Part shown: one piece after another, positions 18,441-28,203 of the stretch
Numbering within the stretch: the stretch's first letter is position 1
Layout of the letters: each line of letters begins with the position of its first letter
Origin: a virus
Lineage: Duplodnaviria; Caudoviricetes
IMG/VR virus record: IMGVR_UViG_3300025450_000002
Location: 1,738-65,737 of that record
Reading direction: 5' to 3' (one strand)
Length of the DNA: 64,000 bases
The notes under the pieces: model-generated
What the model saw: only the letters and a program-made list of their open reading frames with translations
Database searches by the model: none
What the model was told of the DNA's origin: nothing
Program-made: the position numbers and the translations under genes

Positions 18441-18638
18441 ATGGATAACAACCAAACTGCATTGAACGCTGTATTAACTTATAGACTCAAGAACACACAG
18501 GCTATCATCGAGGAGATTTTTACCCCAATGCAACGTGCTGAACTGCAACAACGTATTGACTCACTTCGTGCTATCCAAGTTGAAGACGAATACATACAAC
18601 AGAATGTAGTTGACTACATGGTAACGACCTTTCGCTAA
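18441..18638 (+). CDS. Early hypothetical protein
   Basis: 65 aa; AGGAGAA RBS. Confidence 0.7.
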   Translation: MDNNQTALNAVLTYRLKNTQAIIEEIFTPMQRAELQQRIDSLRAIQVEDEYIQQNVVDYMVTTFR

Positions 18639-18717
18639 TTAGTTTTTCACTACATGGTGGAACGTAAAACTTCCACCTATTCCATTTCTATTTATCTATT
18701 TTTATTTAGGAGAAGTT

Positions 18718-18930
18718 ATGAGTGCAATCAAAAGACAATACATGAACTGGTGCGAGCAACACAATATAGAACCTGAAGATGACCTTGCATGGCTTCACAA
18801 AGCAGTCGAGCAACCACAATGGGTCAACGACTTTAACAACTGGCTAGACCAAATCACTTATAAGCATCCACTATCAGATGGAGAACTAAATGACATGAAC
18901 AACACGAACATGGAGAACGACAATGATTGA
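18718..18930 (+). CDS. Early hypothetical protein
   Basis: 70 aa; AGGAGAAGT RBS. Confidence 0.7.
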   Translation: MSAIKRQYMNWCEQHNIEPEDDLAWLHKAVEQPQWVNDFNNWLDQITYKHPLSDGELNDMNNTNMENDND

Positions 18931-19141
18931 TGAATCTTTTACACCACAGTGCAAGTTATGTGGTTCTATCTATGATAAGCGTCGCTTTGATATAGGATTC
19001 TTATTCTGCATGCCATGTGGTAACGACGTAGCCAAGCAAGTCAAACGCACAGTAGTGCCAATGCACAAATCAAACTACATGATGGTCACAAACCGAGATG
19101 ACTTAATCGGTATTAACAACAAGGGAGGACTTGTCAAATGA
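18923..19141 (+). CDS. Zinc-finger early protein (CxxC...CxxC, DksA/TraR-finger-like)
   Basis: CKLCG...R...G...CMPCG...PMHKSNY. Confidence 0.7.
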   Translation: MIDESFTPQCKLCGSIYDKRRFDIGFLFCMPCGNDVAKQVKRTVVPMHKSNYMMVTNRDDLIGINNKGGLVK

Positions 19142-19171
19142 TAACCAATGAACAGAAGAAAGGGGAGTGAA

Positions 19172-19627
19172 ATGGGATATAGGTCAGCAGTAGCATACAC
19201 GATCAGGTTTATACCTGATGAAAACGAGAAGCCTTTAGGCAAGGTGCGTGATTCATTTTATACATTCTTAGCCGAAGCGAAAGCCAAGACAGAAACACAG
19301 TTATGTTTCGACGAAGACCAAGCCATGAATGTCAAAGAGGAAAATGGCGAGGGGTTTTATGTTAATGAGCAAGAGATGAAGATTGACTTCCTTGCGTGGC
19401 ACGTCAAGTGGTATGACGGCTATCCTGATGTCGATTGTCATGAAGCGTTACTCTCATTAGCGCAAGAGTGGTGCGAAGATGAAGCGACAGGTAACCCATA
19501 TATCGGTGGTGCTTATGTAAGGATTGGCGAGGAAGTAGATGACAACGACGAGCGATGGTTTGGAACTGCCGAGAGCGACTGGTTATCTATCAGTAGAACT
19601 ATATGTAGAGATGGGAAAGAGATATGA
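19172..19627 (+). CDS. Early hypothetical protein (MGYRS...KWY...VRIGEE family; start corrected)
   Basis: GGGGAG RBS before ATG 19172. Confidence 0.7.
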   Translation: MGYRSAVAYTIRFIPDENEKPLGKVRDSFYTFLAEAKAKTETQLCFDEDQAMNVKEENGEGFYVNEQEMKIDFLAWHVKWYDGYPDVDCHEALLSLAQEWCEDEATGNPYIGGAYVRIGEEVDDNDERWFGTAESDWLSISRTICRDGKEI

Positions 19628-19803
19628 GAATAACAGTTGAAAGACGTAGCGTGTATGGCAACGAGATGATATACCCCAAGTGCGAGACTGCGAAACTATT
19701 GGCGAAACTAGCCAACCATGTGACGCTAACCAAGCATGATATATCAGTTATTAAACAATTAGGCTATGAAGTTGTATGCCTAGCAAACGAAATAACTTTA
19801 TAG
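19624..19803 (+). CDS. Small early protein (59 aa, MRITVERRSVYGNEMIYPKC...IKQLGY)
   Basis: Missed by ORF track; ATGA overlap with upstream stop. Confidence 0.7.
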   Translation: MRITVERRSVYGNEMIYPKCETAKLLAKLANHVTLTKHDISVIKQLGYEVVCLANEITL

Positions 19804-19813
19804 AATAAAAGAC

Positions 19814-19856
19814 TTGTATAATATGTAAAGTTATAGTATACTTATAACAGTTGGGA
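19814..19856 (+). promoter_or_regulatory. Early sigma70 promoter
   Basis: TTGTAT-N17-TATACT. Confidence 0.7.
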
Positions 19857-19867
19857 AAGGAATATTT

Positions 19868-19960
19868 ATGTTAGAAGATATCGTAGTGAAGTTAGTAATC
19901 GTAGGTGCTTTAATCTATTTAGCCTTCCACGTTATAGTGGATTTTCATTTAATCAATTAA
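19868..19960 (+). CDS. Membrane micro-peptide (30 aa, MLEDIVVKLVIVGALIYLAFHVIVDFHLIN)
   Basis: AAAGGA RBS; hydrophobic; directly after promoter. Confidence 0.55.
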   Translation: MLEDIVVKLVIVGALIYLAFHVIVDFHLIN

Positions 19961-19969
19961 GGAGAAGTT

Positions 19970-20896
19970 ATGGACAGTATTAGAACCAACCTAGAAATGC
20001 CTGAGCATTTAATCTCACTAGCGACAAGCGCAGTATTAGTAAGCGTCGATGTCAGCGTGTGGTCAGCAACGAAACAAGATAGGGGTATCAGTGATGAGGT
20101 TACTACATCAAAGAATGCAGACAAGTCGGCAGGTCGCTACGTTAAGAATCTATTGGCGAACCACCCGTCGCACAAAGCCATTGTGAATTATAGGCAGACT
20201 ATATATAACTGGCTTCAGCGTCGCACTTATAAGTGGAATCAGTCACAAGAATTACTACCATGCGTTGACCTACCCAAGTTTAAGCAAGAGTGGCATGAAC
20301 ATGAAACTGCGTTCCACGTCCTCGTGGATACGTTTAAGAACCAGTATGATTCTATCGTATCGGATATGGCTTTCAAACAAGGTGATATGTTTAACAGAAA
20401 TGATTATCCACCCAAAGAACAGATTACATCAAAGTTTAGTCTTAACTTGTATGTGAGCGAAGTGCCTGTTAATGACTTTAGATGCAATATTGCAAGGGAT
20501 ATCGCAGATGATCTTTTTAGTTCATTGTCCAAGCAATCCAAGTCAATTATAGAGAACATAGCGAACGAACAAGTCGAAAGGCTAATAGATGTGATGCAGA
20601 GTATCTCGCATTGTTGTGGTGTGGACGAGTTAGTTCCGAAAGATGGTGGTGAAATAAAAACCAAGCGTCGCAAGATATACGATACGACGATACAGAAAGC
20701 GTTAGAGATGTGTGAGAGTTACAAAGTATTTAATCTTAAGCATGATAACGAGCTAGAACTGGCACGTGCATCGCTAGAGAAAGTCTTACATGGTGTTACG
20801 GCAGAGGATATCCGAGATAGTGACGCTGTGCGTTCCAATGTCAAAGAGGGGGTTGATGGCATTTTGTCGAAGTTCGGTGCATTTAGTTGTGTATAG
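19970..20896 (+). CDS. Helical early protein (DUF3150-like) associated with the AAA/vWA pair
   Basis: VSVWSATKQD...KNLL...GDMFNRNDYP pattern; AAGGAGAAGT RBS. Confidence 0.6.
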   Translation: MDSIRTNLEMPEHLISLATSAVLVSVDVSVWSATKQDRGISDEVTTSKNADKSAGRYVKNLLANHPSHKAIVNYRQTIYNWLQRRTYKWNQSQELLPCVDLPKFKQEWHEHETAFHVLVDTFKNQYDSIVSDMAFKQGDMFNRNDYPPKEQITSKFSLNLYVSEVPVNDFRCNIARDIADDLFSSLSKQSKSIIENIANEQVERLIDVMQSISHCCGVDELVPKDGGEIKTKRRKIYDTTIQKALEMCESYKVFNLKHDNELELARASLEKVLHGVTAEDIRDSDAVRSNVKEGVDGILSKFGAFSCV

Positions 20897-20904
20897 GAGG
20901 TTTC

Positions 20905-21045
20905 ATGGATGAAGCATTAATGCAGTTTTATGAATGGAAAGAATGGGCAGTGCCATTCACACCCGAAGGGGAAAAGTTGTATGAAGCACAGAAGACAAGC
21001 TGGTTGGCTTGTTGGGAATTTTTAACTAATCAAAAGGAGAAGTAA
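20905..21045 (+). CDS. Small Trp-rich early protein (46 aa)
   Basis: AGGAGG RBS; fills gap; stop abuts next ATG. Confidence 0.65.
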   Translation: MDEALMQFYEWKEWAVPFTPEGEKLYEAQKTSWLACWEFLTNQKEK

Positions 21046-22119
21046 ATGAGTAAAATGAATTTTGTTCCAACAGTATCTATCAACGAGTTGCGTAAACTCA
21101 TTCCTGTAATAGCATCAGAATTGACAGTAGTCATAACTAGCGAACCTGGTTGTGGCAAGACAAGTCTATTAAAAATGATGGAAGAAGATCTTGGAGATGC
21201 TTACCAATATATCTACGTTGACTGTCCTGTAAAAGATATGTCAGACATAGGTATGACAATACCGAACCACACTACCAAGACCCTTGAGTATTATGTGTCT
21301 AGTCTATTCTGTTTAGATGACCCAAGACCTAAGGTTATTTGTCTAGACGAGTTCATGAAGTCACCCAAGTTATTGCAAGTTATCTTTACTCGCATGATGT
21401 TAGATAAAATGGTAGGCGATGTTCCACTACCACGTGGAAGCCTAATCTTTGCAACGAGTAACAATGCTTCCGATGGTGTAGGCGACTCAATGCTTGCTCA
21501 TGCTGGCAATCGTGTATGTAAGGTAGAGATGGCAAAGCCTGATACTAATACTTGGCTTCAATGGGCATCAGATAATAATATCTCTCGTGTTGTCAGAGCG
21601 TTCGTTGCGTTGTTCCCAAGAGTTCTCGCATCATATAGAGATGGCAACCAAGACGATAACCCATACATCTTCAAACCTAACATGAACACCTTGTCATTCT
21701 GTTCGCCTCGTTCCTTAGCGAAGTGCGACGTGATTGTAAAGAATAGAGATGTCTTAGGTGAGAATGCAACAATGGTCGCACTTGCAGGCACTATCGGTCA
21801 GAGTGCATCGGCAGATATGTCAGCGTTTCTATCGCTAGAGAAAACCTTAATAGATGTAAAAGATATTCTCAAAGCACCAGAGTTAGTAAAGATACCTGAC
21901 GAGATATCAGCGCAGTTAATGATTATGTTTCAGGCAGTAGATGTATTAGAGACGCAAGACGAGTTGACGAAGTTCATGTCATTCGTTAATAAGATTCCTA
22001 GTTCAGAAGTCCAAGCCGTATTCTTTACTATGATGATGCGTAATGCAAAGGCAATTAAGTTGGCTCGCAATAATGCACAGATTGCAGAGTGGGCTAAGAA
22101 CAACCATGAATTATTTTAA
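21046..22119 (+). CDS. MoxR-like AAA+ ATPase
   Basis: Walker A EPGCGKT, Walker B ICLDE, ATSN sensor 1, SPRS sensor 2. Confidence 0.85.
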   Translation: MSKMNFVPTVSINELRKLIPVIASELTVVITSEPGCGKTSLLKMMEEDLGDAYQYIYVDCPVKDMSDIGMTIPNHTTKTLEYYVSSLFCLDDPRPKVICLDEFMKSPKLLQVIFTRMMLDKMVGDVPLPRGSLIFATSNNASDGVGDSMLAHAGNRVCKVEMAKPDTNTWLQWASDNNISRVVRAFVALFPRVLASYRDGNQDDNPYIFKPNMNTLSFCSPRSLAKCDVIVKNRDVLGENATMVALAGTIGQSASADMSAFLSLEKTLIDVKDILKAPELVKIPDEISAQLMIMFQAVDVLETQDELTKFMSFVNKIPSSEVQAVFFTMMMRNAKAIKLARNNAQIAEWAKNNHELF

Positions 22120-22129
22120 GGAGAAGTAA

Positions 22130-22336
22130 ATGTTAAAGACATTAAATATAACAGACGAAGAGTTTACTAGATTAACAGACCAAGCAACAATAGATATGTA
22201 TGAAGAATACTTATCGGAATCAGAAGATAAAGTCACTAGCGATCTTCGTGAAGACACATTCATCAATGGGTTTCGATTAGGTATGAAATTCGTAGCCTTA
22301 TTAATTAAGAAACAGATAGAAGGAGAAAGTAAATGA
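22130..22336 (+). CDS. Early hypothetical protein
   Basis: 68 aa; AAGGAGAAGT RBS. Confidence 0.7.
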   Translation: MLKTLNITDEEFTRLTDQATIDMYEEYLSESEDKVTSDLREDTFINGFRLGMKFVALLIKKQIEGESK

Positions 22337-22527
22337 TTACGATAACACCAAGCGAGTTTATTTTAATAATATGGGGGATAGTTATGACTGTCTTATGGCA
22401 AAGAGCATTATACAAGTCAGAGGAGTTCAAACAGTTTACAGTTCGCAAGTTGCAAGAGATTGTGAAAGGCGAAGCGAAGATTGTAGACAATGGCGAATCA
22501 ATCCAAATAATTAGGATAAAGGACTAA
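22333..22527 (+). CDS. Small membrane protein
   Basis: N-terminal TM helix; AAGGAGAAAGT RBS. Confidence 0.65.
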   Translation: MITITPSEFILIIWGIVMTVLWQRALYKSEEFKQFTVRKLQEIVKGEAKIVDNGESIQIIRIKD

Positions 22528-22529
22528 TC

Positions 22530-23819
22530 ATGGAAATGAAAAACAAACAGGAAACAAGACTGAAGAAAGCACATATCGCATTGATGAAACACCCTGAGAC
22601 TGCGTTGTATTCAGGTGTGATGCTTATGGGTAAGAGCGAGATAGCGGACGAAGTATTTACTGCATATACAGATGGTGTGAACAAGAGATATTCTAAGCCA
22701 TTCGTTGAGAAAATACTTATCGAAGCGAAGTTGCGTGGCTTAGTCTTGCATGAGAATCTTCACGTTGCATTGAAACAGATTCCAAGAGGTAAGGATATGT
22801 TCAAGGAAGATAGACAGATTGCAAACATGGCAGCCGACTTTGTGGTCAACGACATAATAAAGAATATTACAGGAACAGTTGCGAATGGTCACGAGCCTAT
22901 CGTAGAGTTACCTGATGGTGCGTTGTATGACTCATTCTTTCATAATTGGTCGATGCGTGAAGTATATAACCACATACGCAAAGAGAATCCTCAGCGACAG
23001 AAACCTAGTGATAGCTCATGTGATGAGCCTACCAAAGGCGATGGAGATGAAGATAGTAGTCCACGTGGTAGTGGAACGATATATGCGAATGGCAAGCCTT
23101 ATGATATTGGGCATCAATTCGATGAACATGACTGGGAATCGTATGTCGAAGGACTCAGCGACGAGGAACGCAAGGAGTTGGGAGATAAGATTGACCGAGC
23201 CTTGCGTGAGGGTGGTATGCTTGCAGGTCGTATGGGTGGCAAGATGCCTAGACAGATTAGTGACTTGCTTGAACCGAGAGTAGATTGGCGAGAAGTCTTG
23301 CGTGAGTTTGTCGCTTCCACGATGAAAGGGAACGATGAATACACATGGCGCAAGATGAGTAAGCGTCACATGGCTAATGACATTTATCTACCAAGCATGG
23401 AGAACGAGACGATCGGTGAGGTTGTCGTTGCGATAGATACTTCAGGTTCAATCGGTGAGCGTGAGTTGACAGAGTTTGCAACGGAACTGGCATCAATCGT
23501 CGATCTTGTGTCGCCTGAAGCAGTTAGAGTTATATGGTGGGATTACGATGTTCATGGTGAGCAATACTTCAAGCCTGAACATTACAGAGATATTGCATCA
23601 TTACTAAAACCCTTAGGTGGTGGTGGCACTAGAGTCTCATCAGTCAACCATTACATCAATGAGAAGAAGATTAACGCAGAGTGTGTCATCGTGTTTACCG
23701 ATGGTTATGTAGAAAGTGACATCGAGTGGACAATCTCTTCCCCTACCCTGTGGATGGTAACTCAGAACAAAGCACTTGAAGTCCCATCAGGTAAGAAAGT
23801 CGTAGTTAACAATGATTGA
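22530..23819 (+). CDS. DUF2201-type metallopeptidase plus vWA domain protein
   Basis: TAYTDG, HENLH (HExxH), MIDAS DTSGS, GGGGT, VFTDG. Confidence 0.85.
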   Translation: MEMKNKQETRLKKAHIALMKHPETALYSGVMLMGKSEIADEVFTAYTDGVNKRYSKPFVEKILIEAKLRGLVLHENLHVALKQIPRGKDMFKEDRQIANMAADFVVNDIIKNITGTVANGHEPIVELPDGALYDSFFHNWSMREVYNHIRKENPQRQKPSDSSCDEPTKGDGDEDSSPRGSGTIYANGKPYDIGHQFDEHDWESYVEGLSDEERKELGDKIDRALREGGMLAGRMGGKMPRQISDLLEPRVDWREVLREFVASTMKGNDEYTWRKMSKRHMANDIYLPSMENETIGEVVVAIDTSGSIGERELTEFATELASIVDLVSPEAVRVIWWDYDVHGEQYFKPEHYRDIASLLKPLGGGGTRVSSVNHYINEKKINAECVIVFTDGYVESDIEWTISSPTLWMVTQNKALEVPSGKKVVVNND

Positions 23820-24120
23820 AGTATTCACCAATTACGTAAGAGCAAACGCTCGAGTTAATTATGTTAATGGAGAGATAGCGTATTCACGTGATTGGCAAAC
23901 CCAATTTATAAGGATATGTATGCCTGATGGAAAAGAACAATGGTATAGCACCAATGCGAATGACCCTAGATTTGCAAACGATATAACAGAGTTGTTAAAA
24001 GAAACGCATGGGGATAGAGCATATTTCTATGCGTTGGAAAGAGTAGTTAGTGAGAGTAGTAGTAAGGAAGAAGTAAAACTATGGAAAGCAGTATTAACTT
24101 TATTAGACAAGGAGAAGTAA
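23812..24120 (+). CDS. Early hypothetical protein
   Basis: 102 aa, in operon. Confidence 0.6.
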   Translation: MIEVFTNYVRANARVNYVNGEIAYSRDWQTQFIRICMPDGKEQWYSTNANDPRFANDITELLKETHGDRAYFYALERVVSESSSKEEVKLWKAVLTLLDKEK

Positions 24121-25164
24121 ATGGATAGCACATTGAATTGGAATAGACTTACAAACATAACTAAAACTGTGAAACCCTTTCGTGGAACAACCAATAGGTT
24201 TCCTATCGCTAATAGATCTCATAATACAAAGTGTTTTTATGTAGAAGAGTTAGATGGCGAAACTGTATACCGAGTGACGTATGGCTATCATTACAAAGAA
24301 ATCTTCCATACTAAAGAAGAATGGGAGAAAGACCCAAATAAAATCTCTTGTAGAGACTGGGAAGAAGATGAGAGCAAGAAGTATGTTACCTACACTACTA
24401 TACCTAGAGACTTAGGCATCGTGCGTTCTGACAACACGTTTCAGTTTACTGCCAAATACTACGGACAAGGTGACAATACTATGCTTAGTGGTTGGGGGCA
24501 AGGTTGGTTCTTTAGTAGTTCACGTCATGGTGGAATGGTATATATGAACGCATACAGAGGTGATGATAGAAGTATCTTTCATCCGATATTCGAAGGTATG
24601 CGAATCAACATGAATACTATGATGCCCCATGAATCTTCTAACTATCAAGTGTTAGGTAGACGTGTATCACGTATTGATGCCAAGAAGTTTTTAACTAGAT
24701 ACGAAACATTCTACAAAGTAAATGAGGTTATGTTCAAAACGATTGATTGGAAGACATTGATGGATACGGCAGTCGACGTAGTAAGTTCATTGGTAGATGA
24801 AAGTGAGTTACAAAACTATTACATCAGTAGCACATCAAACGAGAAAATAATAACGTGGGCAGACGATAACATTGACGTAGCACCACTTGACTCAGCCCTA
24901 GCATTTGCAGTTGGGCATGACATAGGTAATATGTATCGACGAATGAGAGCGCACGCTATTGACTCAAACAGTAATCAATTCCGTTGGATGGATTCAGAGC
25001 CAATGAATCTCTACGCAAATCTCAAGCGTAAGTTGAATCATGAACTATACAAGCGTCACCATGGAGTAATGAAAGACGTTACGTTCCCGATGGGCAAACC
25101 ATATCCAGCAAGTAACTGGGGGATACGAGTTATGGTTGATGGTAAAGAAGTAAAACAATACTAA
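24121..25164 (+). CDS. Early hypothetical protein
   Basis: 347 aa; AAGGAGAAGT RBS. Confidence 0.8.
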   Translation: MDSTLNWNRLTNITKTVKPFRGTTNRFPIANRSHNTKCFYVEELDGETVYRVTYGYHYKEIFHTKEEWEKDPNKISCRDWEEDESKKYVTYTTIPRDLGIVRSDNTFQFTAKYYGQGDNTMLSGWGQGWFFSSSRHGGMVYMNAYRGDDRSIFHPIFEGMRINMNTMMPHESSNYQVLGRRVSRIDAKKFLTRYETFYKVNEVMFKTIDWKTLMDTAVDVVSSLVDESELQNYYISSTSNEKIITWADDNIDVAPLDSALAFAVGHDIGNMYRRMRAHAIDSNSNQFRWMDSEPMNLYANLKRKLNHELYKRHHGVMKDVTFPMGKPYPASNWGIRVMVDGKEVKQY

Positions 25165-25172
25165 GGAGAATC

Positions 25173-25490
25173 ATGGTTGAAATAGAAAAAGTAGAGATGC
25201 CCTACAAGGAATACGTTATTTCGGACAAGGTAGACGAGAGCCTAGCATATCTTTCTAACTATACTGCTCGACGTGTTAGGTATAAGTTTCCTAATGGATA
25301 CGGCGCTAGTGTTGTTATGGGTAATTTGTTTTATTCCGATGAGGGGACAGGTTTATATGAATTATGTCCCATGAAAGATAATGCGTTGTGGTATGACGCA
25401 GTAGACCCTAGCAACAATGATGTGTATGGGTATCTCAATGATGAAGAGTTATATATTTTATTAACGAAAATTTTAACGAAGGAGAAGTGA
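25173..25490 (+). CDS. Conserved phage protein (YKFPNGYGASVV family)
   Basis: Characteristic FPNGYGASV...GLYEL...DVxGYL pattern. Confidence 0.75.
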   Translation: MVEIEKVEMPYKEYVISDKVDESLAYLSNYTARRVRYKFPNGYGASVVMGNLFYSDEGTGLYELCPMKDNALWYDAVDPSNNDVYGYLNDEELYILLTKILTKEK

Positions 25491-25491
25491 A

Positions 25492-26427
25492 ATGAAATAC
25501 GCAATAGAAGGAATTACAAAGCAAGCAACAATAGACTATATCGAGAGTTCACCAGTAAAGAAACTCATATATGAATTGAATTACAAGTATGGCTTAAAAG
25601 CGTTGACTGTAATAGCAGTCGAAAAACGAGGGGAAAATGTCCGTCACGAGGTTGTGTTAACCGACCCTATGGGTGGGTTTGCCGTAGGTAGAGTATGGAC
25701 AACAGTAGACAATAAAGACATCGTGTATCACTATCGTTCGCCTTACGCTTCAAAGGATAGAGGTAGGACTAGTGAGGATAGAGAAACTTATTATGGTAAG
25801 AAATTATCATCTTTGATGAGTGTGCTAAAAACTAACGAAGTAATACCTACTAAAGATAGTCCACAACTATTAACTATTCATAATCGTATTTTCGCCAATG
25901 CTAATTACTCTTTACAAGAAACACACGGTAAACACAGAAAAGATGTAGAGTTAACTTTAGATGAACAACATTCTTTATTGAGATACGCACTAGGTGAAAC
26001 TACTACTCTATTTGATGAAAATAAATGTAAAAAAATACTTGACAAATATAATACGTTAGATAAAATAAAACAAGAATCAGACGAAGATGTAGATAGGTTC
26101 TTCAACAAAGGTTTCTATGCAGTTGGTGTAGATATGTTTAATCATTTAATAGTGGGGAAAGTTGTGAAAAATAAATCTAGTTACGAAATAGTAGAATCAT
26201 TCGAGAGGGTGATGGACTTCAGTAAGCATGAACATCTACAAGCAATCATGACTATGCAAAAAGTTTATCATGAGCAACAAGGTAAATACACTAAGTTCTA
26301 CGGAAATTACATTCCACTATACAGTGGATACCTAAAAGACCTAGACATCATTCAGATGAATAATCGTGAGCCACACATTCATGACTTAGCTTGGACTCTT
26401 ATCCCATGCACAGCACTTTCCGTATGA
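25492..26427 (+). CDS. Early hypothetical protein
   Basis: 311 aa; AAGGAGAAGTG RBS. Confidence 0.8.
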   Translation: MKYAIEGITKQATIDYIESSPVKKLIYELNYKYGLKALTVIAVEKRGENVRHEVVLTDPMGGFAVGRVWTTVDNKDIVYHYRSPYASKDRGRTSEDRETYYGKKLSSLMSVLKTNEVIPTKDSPQLLTIHNRIFANANYSLQETHGKHRKDVELTLDEQHSLLRYALGETTTLFDENKCKKILDKYNTLDKIKQESDEDVDRFFNKGFYAVGVDMFNHLIVGKVVKNKSSYEIVESFERVMDFSKHEHLQAIMTMQKVYHEQQGKYTKFYGNYIPLYSGYLKDLDIIQMNNREPHIHDLAWTLIPCTALSV

Positions 26428-26777
26428 AGATAGAAATGCTTAGCCCAATAGCACATCAATATACACATGGGCTATATCGTGTGCCGTTACATAAAGACGG
26501 AAATCATTACACACTATTTGTAGCCGATGGGTATAAGAGAGACTTTGACGAGAACACTTTACCTGATGAGATCAAAACTAAGATAGCCATGATACTTGCG
26601 AGAGATAAACAAATCGCACATGACCATGAGTTAACACACTTAGGATTGATGGCATCTGTAAAAGATGATGCGTTAATAGACGTGGGGTGGCAAAGGAGTG
26701 AAAGTTGGTTCATCATCGTGTTACCCATAGCATCGTTAATGAAACTAAGAGGAGAGAATAATGGCGCAGACACCTGA
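26424..26777 (+). CDS. Hypothetical protein (start set at ATGA overlap)
   Basis: Open frame coupled to upstream stop. Confidence 0.65.
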   Translation: MKIEMLSPIAHQYTHGLYRVPLHKDGNHYTLFVADGYKRDFDENTLPDEIKTKIAMILARDKQIAHDHELTHLGLMASVKDDALIDVGWQRSESWFIIVLPIASLMKLRGENNGADT

Positions 26778-27069
26778 AGCAAAAGTTAAAAAGAAAGTAA
26801 AACAGTATCTTACCACTAGAGGTATTTATTTTACTATGCCGTTCACTGCTGGTTTTGGGGCGAACGGAGTGCCTGACATACTTGTGTGTTATCAAGGAAA
26901 GTTTATAGCGATAGAGTGCAAGGCTAATGGCAACAAGCCAACAGCATTACAAGGAGAACACATGAAGAGAATTCAACGTGGGGGTGGAACGGCAGTTGTC
27001 GTTGATGAAAGGAATGTCGACACAATGCTAGAGGGATTATTTGATGATACAGATGATGGGAGATGCTAG
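26761..27069 (+). CDS. VRR-NUC family nuclease
   Basis: TPEAKVK...GVPDI...IECKA...PTALQ...GG. Confidence 0.85.
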   Translation: MAQTPEAKVKKKVKQYLTTRGIYFTMPFTAGFGANGVPDILVCYQGKFIAIECKANGNKPTALQGEHMKRIQRGGGTAVVVDERNVDTMLEGLFDDTDDGRC

Positions 27070-27084
27070 ATAACTGGCTTCAAT

Positions 27085-27306
27085 ATGACCGACCAAGATA
27101 AAGAATATTTAAGAGATTTGTTTGCGTGCTTCGCCATGAATGCGATAGTAAGTCGAGGTATAAGAGAAGAGATAGTAGATAGTGTTGCAGAAAACTCTTA
27201 TATGATGGCAGACGCTATGATGGAAGCCCGCAACAAAAAAGAACCCAAGATGGGTATAACCGCAGTAAACCAACCTAAGAGGAGAAGTAGAAATGAAAGT
27301 AAGTAA
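27085..27306 (+). CDS. Conserved small phage protein (RDxFAxxAM...YxxADAM family)
   Basis: Recognisable motif; 73 aa. Confidence 0.7.
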   Translation: MTDQDKEYLRDLFACFAMNAIVSRGIREEIVDSVAENSYMMADAMMEARNKKEPKMGITAVNQPKRRSRNESK

Positions 27307-27748
27307 AATCCAAGCAGTAAAAAACTTGATGGACAAAAACCCTAGCATGACCGCATCTGAGATATCCAAGAAGTTAGGAATTAAGATTGGCTATGTCTAC
27401 ACAATGATGTCTAAGATAAGAAAACCAAAATTTGATATTAAAAAGATAGAAGCCGTTTTACAGGAAGAAGCATCACCCCCAGTAAGCGTCGAACAGGTAA
27501 AAGATTTTGTATATAGCATTTCACTAGGACGTGGAACAGTAGATAACGTCAATCATCCATCCCATTACAAGACAGGTGGCATTGAAACAATCGACTTCAT
27601 TGAAGCGAAGCAGTTGGGATACCATCTCGGTAACGTCGTCAAATATATTACTAGAGCAGACCACAAGGGTAACAAGTTGGAAGACTTGATGAAAGCCCAA
27701 TGGTATTTGAGCCGTGCGATAGAGAACGAGGAGAAGAATAATGGATGA
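27293..27748 (+). CDS. HTH plus DUF3310 (T7 gp1.7-like nucleotide kinase) protein
   Basis: N-terminal ASEISKKLG HTH; VNHPSHY...ETIDFI...GNVVKY...EDLxKAxWYL. Confidence 0.8.
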   Translation: MKVSKIQAVKNLMDKNPSMTASEISKKLGIKIGYVYTMMSKIRKPKFDIKKIEAVLQEEASPPVSVEQVKDFVYSISLGRGTVDNVNHPSHYKTGGIETIDFIEAKQLGYHLGNVVKYITRADHKGNKLEDLMKAQWYLSRAIENEEKNNG

Positions 27749-28127
27749 AGGATTTGTAATATTACTACTGGCAGGTATCCTTGTTGTAACTAGTGGTATT
27801 GGTGGATGTATGTATGGGATGCCTAAATACAATGTCTATCATCAACAGATGGAAGGCGAAGCCGAATTAGCGAAAGCAAACTTTAGCAAACAAACTGCTA
27901 TACAAGAAGCCCACGCTAAGATGGAATCCGCTAAGTTGCTTGCAGACGCAGAAGTGATCAGGGCTGAAGGAGTTGCAAAAGCTAATAAGATCATTGGCGA
28001 TAGCTTGAACAACAACGAAGCGTATTTGCGATATCTGTATATCAATAATCTTGAACACACGCAGAATCAGATTATCTATGTGCCGACTGAAGCGAATCTA
28101 CCTATTTTAGAAGCAAAGCGTAAGTAA
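27741..28127 (+). CDS. Membrane protein with SPFH/band-7-like coiled coil
   Basis: N-terminal TM helix; AEVIRAEGVAKANKII...YVPTEANLPI. Confidence 0.65.
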   Translation: MDEGFVILLLAGILVVTSGIGGCMYGMPKYNVYHQQMEGEAELAKANFSKQTAIQEAHAKMESAKLLADAEVIRAEGVAKANKIIGDSLNNNEAYLRYLYINNLEHTQNQIIYVPTEANLPILEAKRK

Positions 28128-28133
28128 TTTTTT

Positions 28134-28167
28134 GGGGGGTAAGGTTCATGCCTTGCTCCCCTTTTTT
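28134..28167 (+). terminator. Rho-independent terminator
   Basis: GGGGGTAAGG-TTCATG-CCTTGCTCCC followed by T-tract. Confidence 0.75.
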
Positions 28168-28203
28168 GTAACTATACACCACGTTATTTAAGGAAACTAA
28201 TTT

